Part shown: piece by piece, positions 1 through 8,980 of the stretch
How the letters are laid out: every line of letters begins with the position of its first letter
How positions within the stretch are numbered: the stretch's first letter is position 1
Source: an uncultured Nitrospinaceae bacterium
GTDB taxonomy: Bacteria; UBA8248
Reading direction: 5' to 3'
NCBI GenBank assembly: GCA_964005815.1
Contig: CAXFSR010000043.1
Location: forward strand, 1-64,000
Length of the DNA: 64,000 bases
Notes under the pieces: generated by a model
The model's database searches: none
The model's input: only the letters and a program-made list of their open reading frames with translations
Told to the model about the DNA's origin: nothing
Made by a program: the position numbers and the translations under genes

Positions 1-1425
1 AAACACACAAAGATTTTAGCTACCTATCTCACTCCATATAGTAACAACAGTTCAGTTTCGTGGTTATGTTCTAGAGGACATGAGTGGAAAATCGCTGTAA
101 ATAATAGAAATGGAAGAAATGGTAGTGGGTGCGAAAGATGTTCAAAAATTTCAGACCAGACTTCATCCCAAGAAATAAGAATTTTGGCAGAGATGAAACA
201 AATTTTCAGAGAAGCAAAAAAAACAAGAATCCAAAAAATGGAAATCGATATATTTATAGAAAAATATAAATTGGGCATAGAGTATGACAGTTTCCATTAC
301 CATCAAGATAAGGAAACACTAGATAGAAAAAAAAATAAAACGCTAAATAAAAATGGAATGCAGTTGATTCGCTTTAGAGAATCTCCGCTCAAAAAACTTT
401 CTCCTTCAGATATTATTGTCCAAGAACAAATCAACAAAAAAGATATAAATAATTTCCTTTCAAATATTCTTTCCTTTTTTAAGGGCAAGGACTTATCGAA
501 TGTAAATAAATATTTAAAAGAAAAATCTTTCCAAGGAGACAAAATATTTAATGAATATATGTCTTACTTACCCGGACCTCATCCAGATAAAAGTCTACTC
601 ACATTAAGACCTGATATTGCAAAAGAGTGGGATTATGATGAAAATTTTCCTTTAAAACCAGAAAATTTCGCAGAATACAGCCATGCGGAAGTTTATTGGA
701 AATGTATTGAACATGGTCATAGGTGGGGACCAAAAAGAATTAGTGATAGAACTACTGCAAATGAAAGTAAATGTCCCACTTGCCAAAGTTTAGGTTTTTT
801 ATATCCACAAATTTTAGAAGAATGGGAGACTACAAAAAATAAAAAATCGCCGTATGAGTATTCTTTTCGTACACATGTTAAAGCACACTTTATATGCAAA
901 GATTGTGGATATCCTTATTCTGCATCAATTAGCAACAAAACCAAATGCTTCGACAGTGGAACAAATGGTTGTTCACAATGTGCTGGTAGATTATCTGAAA
1001 AAAATAACCTTACAGAACAAGATCCAAATTTGGCTAAAGAATGGCATCCAAGAAAAAATGGAACTTTGACGCCTTCAGACGTAACACGTAATTATAGTAA
1101 GAATGTTTGGTGGTTATGTAAAAATGGTCATTGTTTTGAAAAATCAGTTTATGCTAGGTACAAATCCAAAGAAAGAAAGTGCCCTACATGTGAGAGTTTA
1201 GGATTTAAATATCCTGAAATTGTAAAAAAATGGTGGCACCCTACAAAAAACAAAAAATCACCTTTCAAATATAGATCTAAAGAACACACTGAAGTTTGGT
1301 GGAAGTGCCAGAAATGCAGACATATTTTTTTATATAAAATCGACCAATTTATGAGAGAAGGTCGGACTAGTTGCAAGAGCAAAAAATCTGGAGGATGCAA
1401 AGCAATAAAAACAAAGAATAAATAA
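1..1425 (+). CDS. 5'-truncated zinc-ribbon repeat protein (DUF4379-like) with internal Vsr/DUF559-like endonuclease domain
   Basis: Frame is open from base 1 (KHTKILATYLTPYSNNSSVSWLCSRGHEW...GCERC), upstream of the 184 TTG in the ORF track. Five W-x-C..(H/C)...CxxC-type repeats flank an 'EIDIF...IEYD...HYH...D..K...IRFRE' nuclease-like segment. Confidence 0.75.
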   Translation, partial: KHTKILATYLTPYSNNSSVSWLCSRGHEWKIAVNNRNGRNGSGCERCSKISDQTSSQEIRILAEMKQIFREAKKTRIQKMEIDIFIEKYKLGIEYDSFHYHQDKETLDRKKNKTLNKNGMQLIRFRESPLKKLSPSDIIVQEQINKKDINNFLSNILSFFKGKDLSNVNKYLKEKSFQGDKIFNEYMSYLPGPHPDKSLLTLRPDIAKEWDYDENFPLKPENFAEYSHAEVYWKCIEHGHRWGPKRISDRTTANESKCPTCQSLGFLYPQILEEWETTKNKKSPYEYSFRTHVKAHFICKDCGYPYSASISNKTKCFDSGTNGCSQCAGRLSEKNNLTEQDPNLAKEWHPRKNGTLTPSDVTRNYSKNVWWLCKNGHCFEKSVYARYKSKERKCPTCESLGFKYPEIVKKWWHPTKNKKSPFKYRSKEHTEVWWKCQKCRHIFLYKIDQFMREGRTSCKSKKSGGCKAIKTKNK

Positions 1426-1511
1426 TTTCATAAAACCCATATAGGATTAATGATCCTGTCGTTAAAAATTTCTTATATAACTATAAATTTTTCAAAAATA
1501 TTAGAAAAAGT

Positions 1512-1532
1512 GGCACGAAAAGGGGCACGAAA
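1512..1532. repeat. Direct repeat GGCACGAAA x2, candidate integrase arm-type sites
   Basis: GGCACGAAA at 1512-1520 and 1524-1532, about 45 bp beyond the 3' end of tRNA-Arg. Confidence 0.5.
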
Positions 1533-1576
1533 GGCTTTTTTACACACCTAAAAAACACGCAAGTCATTGTTTTTAT

Positions 1577-1653
1577 TGGTGTCCCCGAGAGGACTCGAAC
1601 CTCTTACCTCAGGATTAGGAATCCTGCGCTCTATCCAGATGAGCTACGGGGAC
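1577..1653 (-). tRNA. tRNA-Arg(CCT)
   Basis: Reverse complement GTCCCCGTAGCTCATCTGGATAGAGCGCAGGATTCCTAATCCTGAGGTAAGAGGTTCGAGTCCTCTCGGGGACACCA; anticodon loop TTCCTAA, TTCGA T-loop, encoded CCA. Confidence 0.96.
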
Positions 1654-1743
1654 AAAATACAGTCTGTCCATCGAAGAAAAATTATCCTATAATACTCCCT
1701 TTATAACCGCAATCATCTTGCCTCGACTAAAGGAGATATTTTC

Positions 1744-2139
1744 ATGAAACGTAAAAATTTTAGCCCTGATTCTGTACACGCTCCTTTTGCAAATTATGTA
1801 CACGGAATTACCATTGAAGAAGGCAAACGCATAATTTTTGTTGCTGGACAGGTACCCGCAGACAAAAACGGCAATGTTGTAGGCATTGGTGATTTCAACA
1901 CGCAAGGCGAACAAGTGATAAAAAACTTAAAAGAAGTTTTGACAGAAGGTGGTGCAACCATGTCGGATCTAGTCAAAGTAACTACTTACATTGTAGGAAG
2001 AGAATACACTCAAGCAGGAAGAGAACTTGGTGTGAAACACTGGGACAAATCAAATCCTCCGACAAGCACACTCATCGTTTGTGCCGGTCTAGCGAACCCT
2101 GATTTTTTAGTAGAAATAGATGCTGTTGCTATAATTTAG
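1744..2139 (+). CDS. Rid (YjgF/YER057c/UK114) family protein
   Basis: IFVAGQV, LVKVTTY and LVEIDAVA motifs; AAGGAG SD upstream. Confidence 0.9.
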   Translation: MKRKNFSPDSVHAPFANYVHGITIEEGKRIIFVAGQVPADKNGNVVGIGDFNTQGEQVIKNLKEVLTEGGATMSDLVKVTTYIVGREYTQAGRELGVKHWDKSNPPTSTLIVCAGLANPDFLVEIDAVAII

Positions 2140-2641
2140 TTTTTTCTAATTCTGAAATCCGTTTTTCCAGAATCTCGATCTTTTCTTCTGTTGTCTTCAT
2201 TTTAATACGTATCAACCAATTTCGTATTCTTCTTCTAACCCAACCACCAAGCAAAATAATTATCAAACCTGTCGATACAGATGCTAATCTAAGTGACAAC
2301 TCAACAGAAACAAGCAAAATAGCAACACCTGCTTTCACACCTGCCTGCATGAGATCTTTTTGAAGCTTTCCAAGTAAACTATTAAGGGAGAAAGGGCTTC
2401 TTTTTTTTTCTTTATGAACTTGAACTGGCATCTCGTCAAATTTAGGGGGTTTAACCAAACGTTCAGCCATTTTGGCATAAAAACCATTTTCTCCAGGCAT
2501 ATTTGGTGGCCATCCACCAAGAACACCAGAGAATAATAAAAAATATCCCAGCACCTGCAAAACTATCATCGACCTCAATCCAAACTGCAGGTATCCAGCT
2601 CTTTTAGGATCTATTTTCTTGAAATTTTGTAGAGTATCCAT
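2129..2641 (-). CDS. Hypothetical membrane protein
   Basis: 170 aa with hydrophobic segments and a C-terminal coiled coil; starts directly after the apt stop. Confidence 0.65.
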   Translation of the reverse strand: MDTLQNFKKIDPKRAGYLQFGLRSMIVLQVLGYFLLFSGVLGGWPPNMPGENGFYAKMAERLVKPPKFDEMPVQVHKEKKRSPFSLNSLLGKLQKDLMQAGVKAGVAILLVSVELSLRLASVSTGLIIILLGGWVRRRIRNWLIRIKMKTTEEKIEILEKRISELEKTKL

Positions 2642-3166
2642 TTAATAAGTGATTACCGAATGAATAGTATAATCAGCAAGATTTTCTCTTGGATTTAAGA
2701 AAGCAAGTTCAATGAGAAAAGATAATGCGTGCACCTTCCCCCCCACTTTTTCTATGAGTTCTATACATGCCTTTCCTGTTCCCCCAGTTGCGATTAAATC
2801 ATCTGCAATCACTACATTCATATCTGGATTAATCGCATCTTTATGTATTTCTAGAGTGTCGGTACCATACTCCAGTTCGTACGTAGCAGATTCCTTTTCC
2901 CAAGGAAGTTTTCCTGGCTTTCTCACCAGAACAAGACCAGCACCTAATTTATAGGCAAGAGATGCCGCCGTAATAAATCCCCTTGCTTCTATTCCAACAA
3001 CGAGATCTATTTCCTCATTTTCAAATGGCTTTGCCATGGAATCGATAGCAAATTTGAATGCATCCGGATTCATCAATACGGGGGTAATATCTTTAAAAAT
3101 AATGCCCTCTTTTGGGAAATCAGGCACATCTCTAATGAAGGATAGTAAATCTTCTACATTTTCCAT
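2642..3166 (-). CDS. apt: Adenine phosphoribosyltransferase
   Basis: IRDVPDFPKEGIIFKDITP, EARGF, LEYGTD and DDLIATGGT (PRPP-binding) motifs. Confidence 0.97.
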   Translation of the reverse strand: MENVEDLLSFIRDVPDFPKEGIIFKDITPVLMNPDAFKFAIDSMAKPFENEEIDLVVGIEARGFITAASLAYKLGAGLVLVRKPGKLPWEKESATYELEYGTDTLEIHKDAINPDMNVVIADDLIATGGTGKACIELIEKVGGKVHALSFLIELAFLNPRENLADYTIHSVITY

Positions 3167-3180
3167 TTTCTTCCTTTCTA

Positions 3181-3903
3181 CTAATACGCTCTAGGTAAAT
3201 ACGAGAGCGGATTCTTAGGAACCGTACGATATCGAATCTCAAAACGTAACATTGATTTTCCCTTATAACGAGAATCGCCAGCCCTCGCAATAGGGGTTCC
3301 TACGAAAACAGTGTCATGTAATTTCACAAGATTCTTAGAATTATTCGCATACACTGAGTGAAATCGTCCTCCTGCATGACGAACAATTACCATTTTTCCA
3401 TAACTCCCTGGACCCAAACTACTATAAATCACTTTGCCAGGAGCAGATGCTTTTACTGTCTGTCTTTTTTTTGTTCGTATCATAATTCCTTCAAATTTCA
3501 CACCTTTATAAAATCCATATTTTTTAATTACCCTTCCCTTCACAGGCCACTTAAATTTAATACCACGAGTTCTTACAGTCTTTCTTTTGTAATTCTTCTT
3601 TTTGGTCCACAAAGGATGATTTCTTTTTTTGCCGTAACTTTTAATATTATTCAAATAACGAAAAGAACGTCTTGGTATAAAAATTCTTTTTCCTGCTTTC
3701 AATCTATTCGGATTTCTAATGCCGTTTAGAACAGCCAATTGCTCAATATCAATACGATATCTTTTTGAAATCTTCCAAAGCGTATCTCCACTCCGCACAT
3801 AATGATACTTTCCTCTCTGATTGTGAGATGTGTATCTTGGGCTTTCATAAAAAGAACATGAGGAAAGCAGAAAGACAAAAAGAACAGAAAGGAATTTAAA
3901 CAT
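3181..3903 (-). CDS. nlpD: LysM + degenerate M23 lipoprotein (NlpD-like amidase activator)
   Basis: Lipobox LSSC, LysM (YVRSGDTLWKIS), FKWPVKG, YGKMVIVRH; zinc ligands absent (LRFEIR). Confidence 0.8.
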   Translation of the reverse strand: MFKFLSVLFVFLLSSCSFYESPRYTSHNQRGKYHYVRSGDTLWKISKRYRIDIEQLAVLNGIRNPNRLKAGKRIFIPRRSFRYLNNIKSYGKKRNHPLWTKKKNYKRKTVRTRGIKFKWPVKGRVIKKYGFYKGVKFEGIMIRTKKRQTVKASAPGKVIYSSLGPGSYGKMVIVRHAGGRFHSVYANNSKNLVKLHDTVFVGTPIARAGDSRYKGKSMLRFEIRYRTVPKNPLSYLPRAY

Positions 3904-4342
3904 GTAAGGCTAACTCGACAGCATTCTTTGGATTTTCAGCAAGGACTACATCAGGAGGACTTTCATCTCTTCCAAGTGCTATAACTTTTTTGCCAAGTTT
4001 CAAACCATGAGAAATTTCAGACAAAGTACCATAAGAACCTGGTAGCGCAATTAAGGCATGGGCAGTTGCAGCAATAATCACATTTCTTGCATGCCCCATC
4101 CCCGTTGCTATTGGAATATCCACATATTTATTACCCTTAGCAATATCGTAATCAGGCAAAATACCAATAGTCATTCCGCCTAATTCCTTAGCACCCATAG
4201 AAGCACCTTCCATAATGCCTCCGAGACCACCACAAACTAAAATTGCACCCTTCCTTGCGATTTCACGACCAGTTTCTACTGCTAGGTCAAAAACGTCTTT
4301 TGATGGATTAGAGTCTCCAATAACTCCAATAATAGAAGACAA
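3896..4342 (-). CDS. TIGR00725/LOG-like (SLOG) Rossmann protein
   Basis: IGVIG, CGGLGGIMEG, TGMGHARN and PGSYGTLSE motifs; TTG start after GAGGTG. Confidence 0.88.
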   Translation of the reverse strand: MSSIIGVIGDSNPSKDVFDLAVETGREIARKGAILVCGGLGGIMEGASMGAKELGGMTIGILPDYDIAKGNKYVDIPIATGMGHARNVIIAATAHALIALPGSYGTLSEISHGLKLGKKVIALGRDESPPDVVLAENPKNAVELALHV

Positions 4343-4370
4343 AATTATTACACCTCGTATAGGCGGGACT

Positions 4371-4408
4371 TACAAAACCTGCATACAAGAATTTCTCTTG
4401 TATGCAGG
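4371..4408 (-). terminator. Intrinsic terminator after the hydrolase gene
   Basis: Perfect 13-bp stem CCTGCATACAAGA / TCTTGTATGCAGG with a 5-nt loop, followed by TTTT on the minus strand. Confidence 0.7.
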
Positions 4409-4417
4409 AGTATAATT

Positions 4418-5605
4418 CTAACCTTCTGGAACAATTACTCTATTATCATGACCGGCTGATAGACCATTATTCAATGTATCTAGCATCCAATCTGCAATCG
4501 CAGGATACATATCAGCTGCAACCTCACCCATCGGATGGAAAATTCCCTCATAGAGCCATAATTCTTTCGGGCAATTTAACACATCTAGAAATTCATTGAT
4601 GTCGTCAGGAGAGCAAAGTTCATCCATATCACCTGCAACAAGCAGGTAGTTTGCTTTCATTTTTTCAGCAACCCCATGCCAGATACTATCTCTTTCTTCT
4701 ACAAATTCATCAAATTTATCATCATCCAAGATATTAGACATATACATATAAATTCGTCTGAAATTAGGTTGTGCATGATTAAAGATAATGTCGGATGGTC
4801 CCACATTAGCCATTTGACCAATAACCGTATTCACACGATCATCATGTGCAGCAATTTCCACTGTCCATCTACTACCCATACTTTGTCCAAACAATCCTAT
4901 TTTAGAACTATCTACGTCGTCTCTATCACATAGAAAATCAATTACCTTACTTCCTGCTTTGGCAAAATTTGTTTGATCTACCCAAACTTGATTCATATTA
5001 CATTCACCATGACCAGGTCCATCCATAGCACAAACATTCATTCCACGTTGATGAAAAACGTTCTGCCAAGGATCGGCGATAGCATCCTCTTTCACCATAT
5101 CCATACCAGGAATCAGAAGAACAGTAGGTTTAGGACCTTCCCCTTCTGCTGGCCAGAAATAAAAATAGGTATTTTTCCCATCTTCAAATTCAGCCTGATG
5201 TTTTGTGATATGCCCACCATGTATTTCCCTGAATTTTCCATAACATCTTTGTAGTCCCTCGTAATACTCTTTCTTCTTAGGATGGCCATCTACAGGGATA
5301 AGATGTTGTGCTCTTCCAAAACAAAGACCCGCTCTATGATAATGGCCAGCCGCACTTTGTATTCGGTTTGCTTTTAATGCATCAGCCCCTTTTTGTTCTT
5401 GAACAGAGGCCTGCCTAGCCCAGAGACGGGGGATAGAACGCCTTCCAGTAATCCTTTGATATACAGCCTCTAAATCTTGATGTTTAAATCCTCGAAAATA
5501 TCTAATTCCCAATATTCCAGGATGTAAAACATCTTCGTTATCGGATAATTTCAAGAAATTATCAAAAATCCAATTCTGATTTGCACGTGACGGTTGTCTT
5601 CTCAA
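4418..5605 (-). CDS. Alpha/beta hydrolase (FrsA / 2,6-dihydroxypseudooxynicotine hydrolase-like)
   Basis: PGMDMVKE, DGPGHGE, nucleophile elbow GQSMG, C-terminal Asp (GDMDEL) and His (FHP); TTG start after AGGAG. Confidence 0.85.
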   Translation of the reverse strand: MRRQPSRANQNWIFDNFLKLSDNEDVLHPGILGIRYFRGFKHQDLEAVYQRITGRRSIPRLWARQASVQEQKGADALKANRIQSAAGHYHRAGLCFGRAQHLIPVDGHPKKKEYYEGLQRCYGKFREIHGGHITKHQAEFEDGKNTYFYFWPAEGEGPKPTVLLIPGMDMVKEDAIADPWQNVFHQRGMNVCAMDGPGHGECNMNQVWVDQTNFAKAGSKVIDFLCDRDDVDSSKIGLFGQSMGSRWTVEIAAHDDRVNTVIGQMANVGPSDIIFNHAQPNFRRIYMYMSNILDDDKFDEFVEERDSIWHGVAEKMKANYLLVAGDMDELCSPDDINEFLDVLNCPKELWLYEGIFHPMGEVAADMYPAIADWMLDTLNNGLSAGHDNRVIVPEG

Positions 5606-5734
5606 AACTTTGTTCTCCTATAACATCTGTGTTAAAAGATAAAAAAATGACAAAAATGATATTCAATAGTAAAAATAAGATGTAAACTTTAGCATTAAAC
5701 ATCACTAAAAAAAACAAAAAAGGAATTGTGAATA

Positions 5735-8059
5735 TTGAATTCATCAAAGACAGAAAAGATTTATCATCATTCATCACACTGGGGAGTTTTTGACGCAGTC
5801 GTTGAAAATGGTAAATTAACTGGGGTAAAACCATTCGAGAACGATCCTTGCCCTTCTCCAATTCTTAATTCTATTCCGAATGCTATTTATGGGAAAACAC
5901 GTATTTCTACTCCTATGGTTCGTTCTGGCTGGCTAGAAAAAGGACCAGAAAACAGCAAATCAAAAAGAGGGGAAGAACCTTTTGTACCTATTTCATGGGA
6001 TATCGCAATAGAACTCATTAGCGATGAACTCAAAAGAGTAAAAAAAGACCACGGAAATGAATCAATTTTTGCAGGTTCATACGGTTGGGCTAGTGCTGGA
6101 AAATTCCACAATGCGAAAGGGCTTCTCAAAAGATTCTTTAATCTATTTGGGGGGTTTACTGATCAGAAACTTACTTACAGCATTTCAGCAGGATACGCTA
6201 TTACGCCGTATTTAGTTGGCACGAATTCTGTCTGCTCTAGCGAAACTACTTCTTGGGATAGCGTAGTAGAGAATACTGAACTCATGGTTCTCTTTGGTGG
6301 CATTCCTGTAAAAAACAATCAAGTAATAAACGGTGGAGTTGCCGAACATTCAACGGAAGAATGGTTAAAAAAAGCCAAAAATAAAGGAATCGAATTTATA
6401 AACATTAGTCCTTTACGTTCAGACATTCCTGAATTCACTGACGCAATATGGTTACAAATTAGACCAAACTCTGACACAGCTCTTATGCTAGCACTTGCGC
6501 ATACTATTGTTACCCAAAATTTACATAACAAAAATTTCCTTGAAAAAAATTGCTCTGGTTACGATAAATTCGAACCATACTTATTAGGAACAAAAGATGG
6601 GCAACCCAAGGATGCAAAGTGGGCTTCTTCTATTACCGAAATTGCAGAAGAAGAAATTCTACTTTTGGCAAAGAAAATGGCTTCTTCTAGAACTATGATA
6701 GCCACAAATTGGTCACTTCAGAGAGCAGAATACGGAGAACAGCCCTTTTCTATGACCGTCACACTTGCTTCCATACTTGGACAAATAGGTTTGCCTGGAG
6801 GTGGTTTTGCATATGGTTACGGCAGTATGGGAGGAGTCGGTATCCCTAGAAAGAATTTTCCAACGCCAAAGCTTCCTACTGGAGAAAACCCAACAAATTC
6901 ATATATTCCTGTTGCTCGAATTGCAGATCTTTTCCTTAACCCAGGAAAACCTTACGACTTTGACGGAGAGAAAAGGATATACCCTTCAACAAAAATAGTG
7001 TATTGGTGTGGAGGAAATCCTTTTCACCATCATCAAGATCTGAATAGACTCATTGAAGCTTGGAAAATGCCTGACACCGTAATTGTCCATGACCCATGGT
7101 GGACCTCTACGGCAAGGCACGCCGACATTGTGCTTCCTGCAACTACAACATTAGAAAGAAATGATATCGGTTCTGGAGGTAGAGACAGATATATTATTGC
7201 TATGCAAAAAGCAATCGAACCAGTAGAAAATGCAAAGAGCGATTATGACATTTTTTCCTTGCTCTCCCATAAATTAGGATTCGGTAATGATTACACAGAA
7301 GGAAGAAACGATATGGAGTGGCTCAAACATTTATATGAGGAATGTCAAGAAAACGCTAAAACCATGGGATTTAATTATCCAGACTTTGATTCATTTTGGG
7401 AAAAAGGTCATATTGAAATTGAAGCACCAGACAAACCTTATATTCTGTTTGAAAATTTCAGAAAAGATCCTGAAAAGTTCCCATTAAAAACTCCTAGCAA
7501 AAAAATAGAAATTTATTCAGAAACCTTGGAAAGCTTCAACTATGAAGATTGCCCGCCACATGCAAAGTGGATAGAACCAAGCGAATGGCTTGGTTCAGAA
7601 AATGCAAAAGAATTTCCTTTACATCTTATTTCCAATCAACCTAAAAATAGGCTGCATGGGCAAATGGATAATGGTTCTCTTAGTCTCTCCTCAAAAATCA
7701 AAGGCAGAGAACCCGCAATCATTAACCCTAACGATGCATCGGAAAGAGATATCGAAGATGGGGATGTGATAAAAGTTTTTAATAATAGAGGTGCTATGCT
7801 TGCCGGAGCTCGCTTGAGTGATGAAATCAGAAGAGGTGTAATACGAGTACATACAGGTGCTTGGTTTGACCCCATTGAACCAGGAGTGTCTGGATCCCTT
7901 GACAAACACGGAAATCCAAACGTTTTAACTCCAGACAGAGGAACTTCTAGTCTTTCACAGGGACCATCATCTCATAGTACATTGGTAGAAATTTGTAAAT
8001 TTACAGAAGAACTTCCAGAAATTACTGCTTTTCAGACTCCAGACATTTCTGAAGACTGA
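5735..8059 (+). CDS. Mo-bisPGD S-/N-oxide reductase (BisC/TorZ/DMSO reductase clade), no signal peptide
   Basis: SSHWG, GSYGWASAG, GGNPFHHHQD, HADIVLPATT and RLHGQ motifs. Confidence 0.9.
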   Translation: MNSSKTEKIYHHSSHWGVFDAVVENGKLTGVKPFENDPCPSPILNSIPNAIYGKTRISTPMVRSGWLEKGPENSKSKRGEEPFVPISWDIAIELISDELKRVKKDHGNESIFAGSYGWASAGKFHNAKGLLKRFFNLFGGFTDQKLTYSISAGYAITPYLVGTNSVCSSETTSWDSVVENTELMVLFGGIPVKNNQVINGGVAEHSTEEWLKKAKNKGIEFINISPLRSDIPEFTDAIWLQIRPNSDTALMLALAHTIVTQNLHNKNFLEKNCSGYDKFEPYLLGTKDGQPKDAKWASSITEIAEEEILLLAKKMASSRTMIATNWSLQRAEYGEQPFSMTVTLASILGQIGLPGGGFAYGYGSMGGVGIPRKNFPTPKLPTGENPTNSYIPVARIADLFLNPGKPYDFDGEKRIYPSTKIVYWCGGNPFHHHQDLNRLIEAWKMPDTVIVHDPWWTSTARHADIVLPATTTLERNDIGSGGRDRYIIAMQKAIEPVENAKSDYDIFSLLSHKLGFGNDYTEGRNDMEWLKHLYEECQENAKTMGFNYPDFDSFWEKGHIEIEAPDKPYILFENFRKDPEKFPLKTPSKKIEIYSETLESFNYEDCPPHAKWIEPSEWLGSENAKEFPLHLISNQPKNRLHGQMDNGSLSLSSKIKGREPAIINPNDASERDIEDGDVIKVFNNRGAMLAGARLSDEIRRGVIRVHTGAWFDPIEPGVSGSLDKHGNPNVLTPDRGTSSLSQGPSSHSTLVEICKFTEELPEITAFQTPDISED

Positions 8060-8102
8060 AGTTTTATATAAAAATTATAACTCATTACTAAAAGGTTAAA
8101 AA

Positions 8103-8897
8103 ATGGATTTAAACACTGACAAAATGATTGCCGAGGTAGATGGACATATTGGATGGATGATTTTCAATAATCCTGCAAAAAGAAATGCTATTTCTATTGA
8201 AATGTGGGAAGCAGTGGAAAAGATTCTTACCTCTTTTGAGGAAGATGATAATATCAGGCTCATAGTGATGAAAGGAGCTGGAGACAAAGCTTTCGTATCT
8301 GGTGCTGATATATCTCAATTTGAAAAAAGCAGATCTGATGCATCTGCCGCTCAAGAATATGAAAAAATATCTGCTTCCGCTAGAGATAAACTCGCTAATC
8401 TAAAAAAACCATTAATTGCTATGATTCAGGGTTATTGTCTAGGCGGTGGGATGGGAATCGCTCTTCAAGCTGACATACGAATTGCATCTGAAGATTCGCA
8501 ACTCGGTATTCCAGCAGCTAGACTTAGCATTGCCTATGGATTTGATTATATCAACAAGCTCACGAATTTAGTTGGGCCATCCTTTGCTAAACATATTCTC
8601 TTCACAGCAAAGAGATTATCCGCACAGGAAGCATTGCAAATAGGTCTTGTAAATCAAGTCACATCTGTAGATGATTTAGAACAGGTGATTAGAGACTATG
8701 CAAATGTGATTTCAGAAAATGCTCCCTTATCGATTATGGCATCTAAATTCTCAGTTGATCAGACCCGTGAAGATGAATCCAAAAGAAATATGGAGAAAAT
8801 TAAAGAAATGTCTCAGACCTGTTTTAATAGTAATGATTACACAGAAGGCAGAAAAGCATTCATGGAAAAAAGAAAACCTGCCTTCAAGGGAGAGTAA
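8103..8897 (+). CDS. Crotonase (enoyl-CoA hydratase/isomerase) family protein
   Basis: NNPAKRNA, AFVSGADI, GGG and EGRKAFMEKRKP motifs. Confidence 0.9.
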   Translation: MDLNTDKMIAEVDGHIGWMIFNNPAKRNAISIEMWEAVEKILTSFEEDDNIRLIVMKGAGDKAFVSGADISQFEKSRSDASAAQEYEKISASARDKLANLKKPLIAMIQGYCLGGGMGIALQADIRIASEDSQLGIPAARLSIAYGFDYINKLTNLVGPSFAKHILFTAKRLSAQEALQIGLVNQVTSVDDLEQVIRDYANVISENAPLSIMASKFSVDQTREDESKRNMEKIKEMSQTCFNSNDYTEGRKAFMEKRKPAFKGE

Positions 8898-8980
8898 AAT
8901 CCTTCTCACTCAGCTAACTTGACTTGGTAAATGTAATATCATATACATACTACATACCTCTAAGAACACAAGGGAACAAG

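Noticed and set aside
3181..3903. M23 domain without zinc ligands as a pseudogene
   Set aside because: Degenerate LytM domains are normal for NlpD/EnvC amidase activators, and the ORF is intact.
8919..8947. Sigma70 promoter for tctBAC (TTGACT-N17-TATACA)
   Set aside because: The -10 lacks the conserved final T, and such matches are common in AT-rich DNA.
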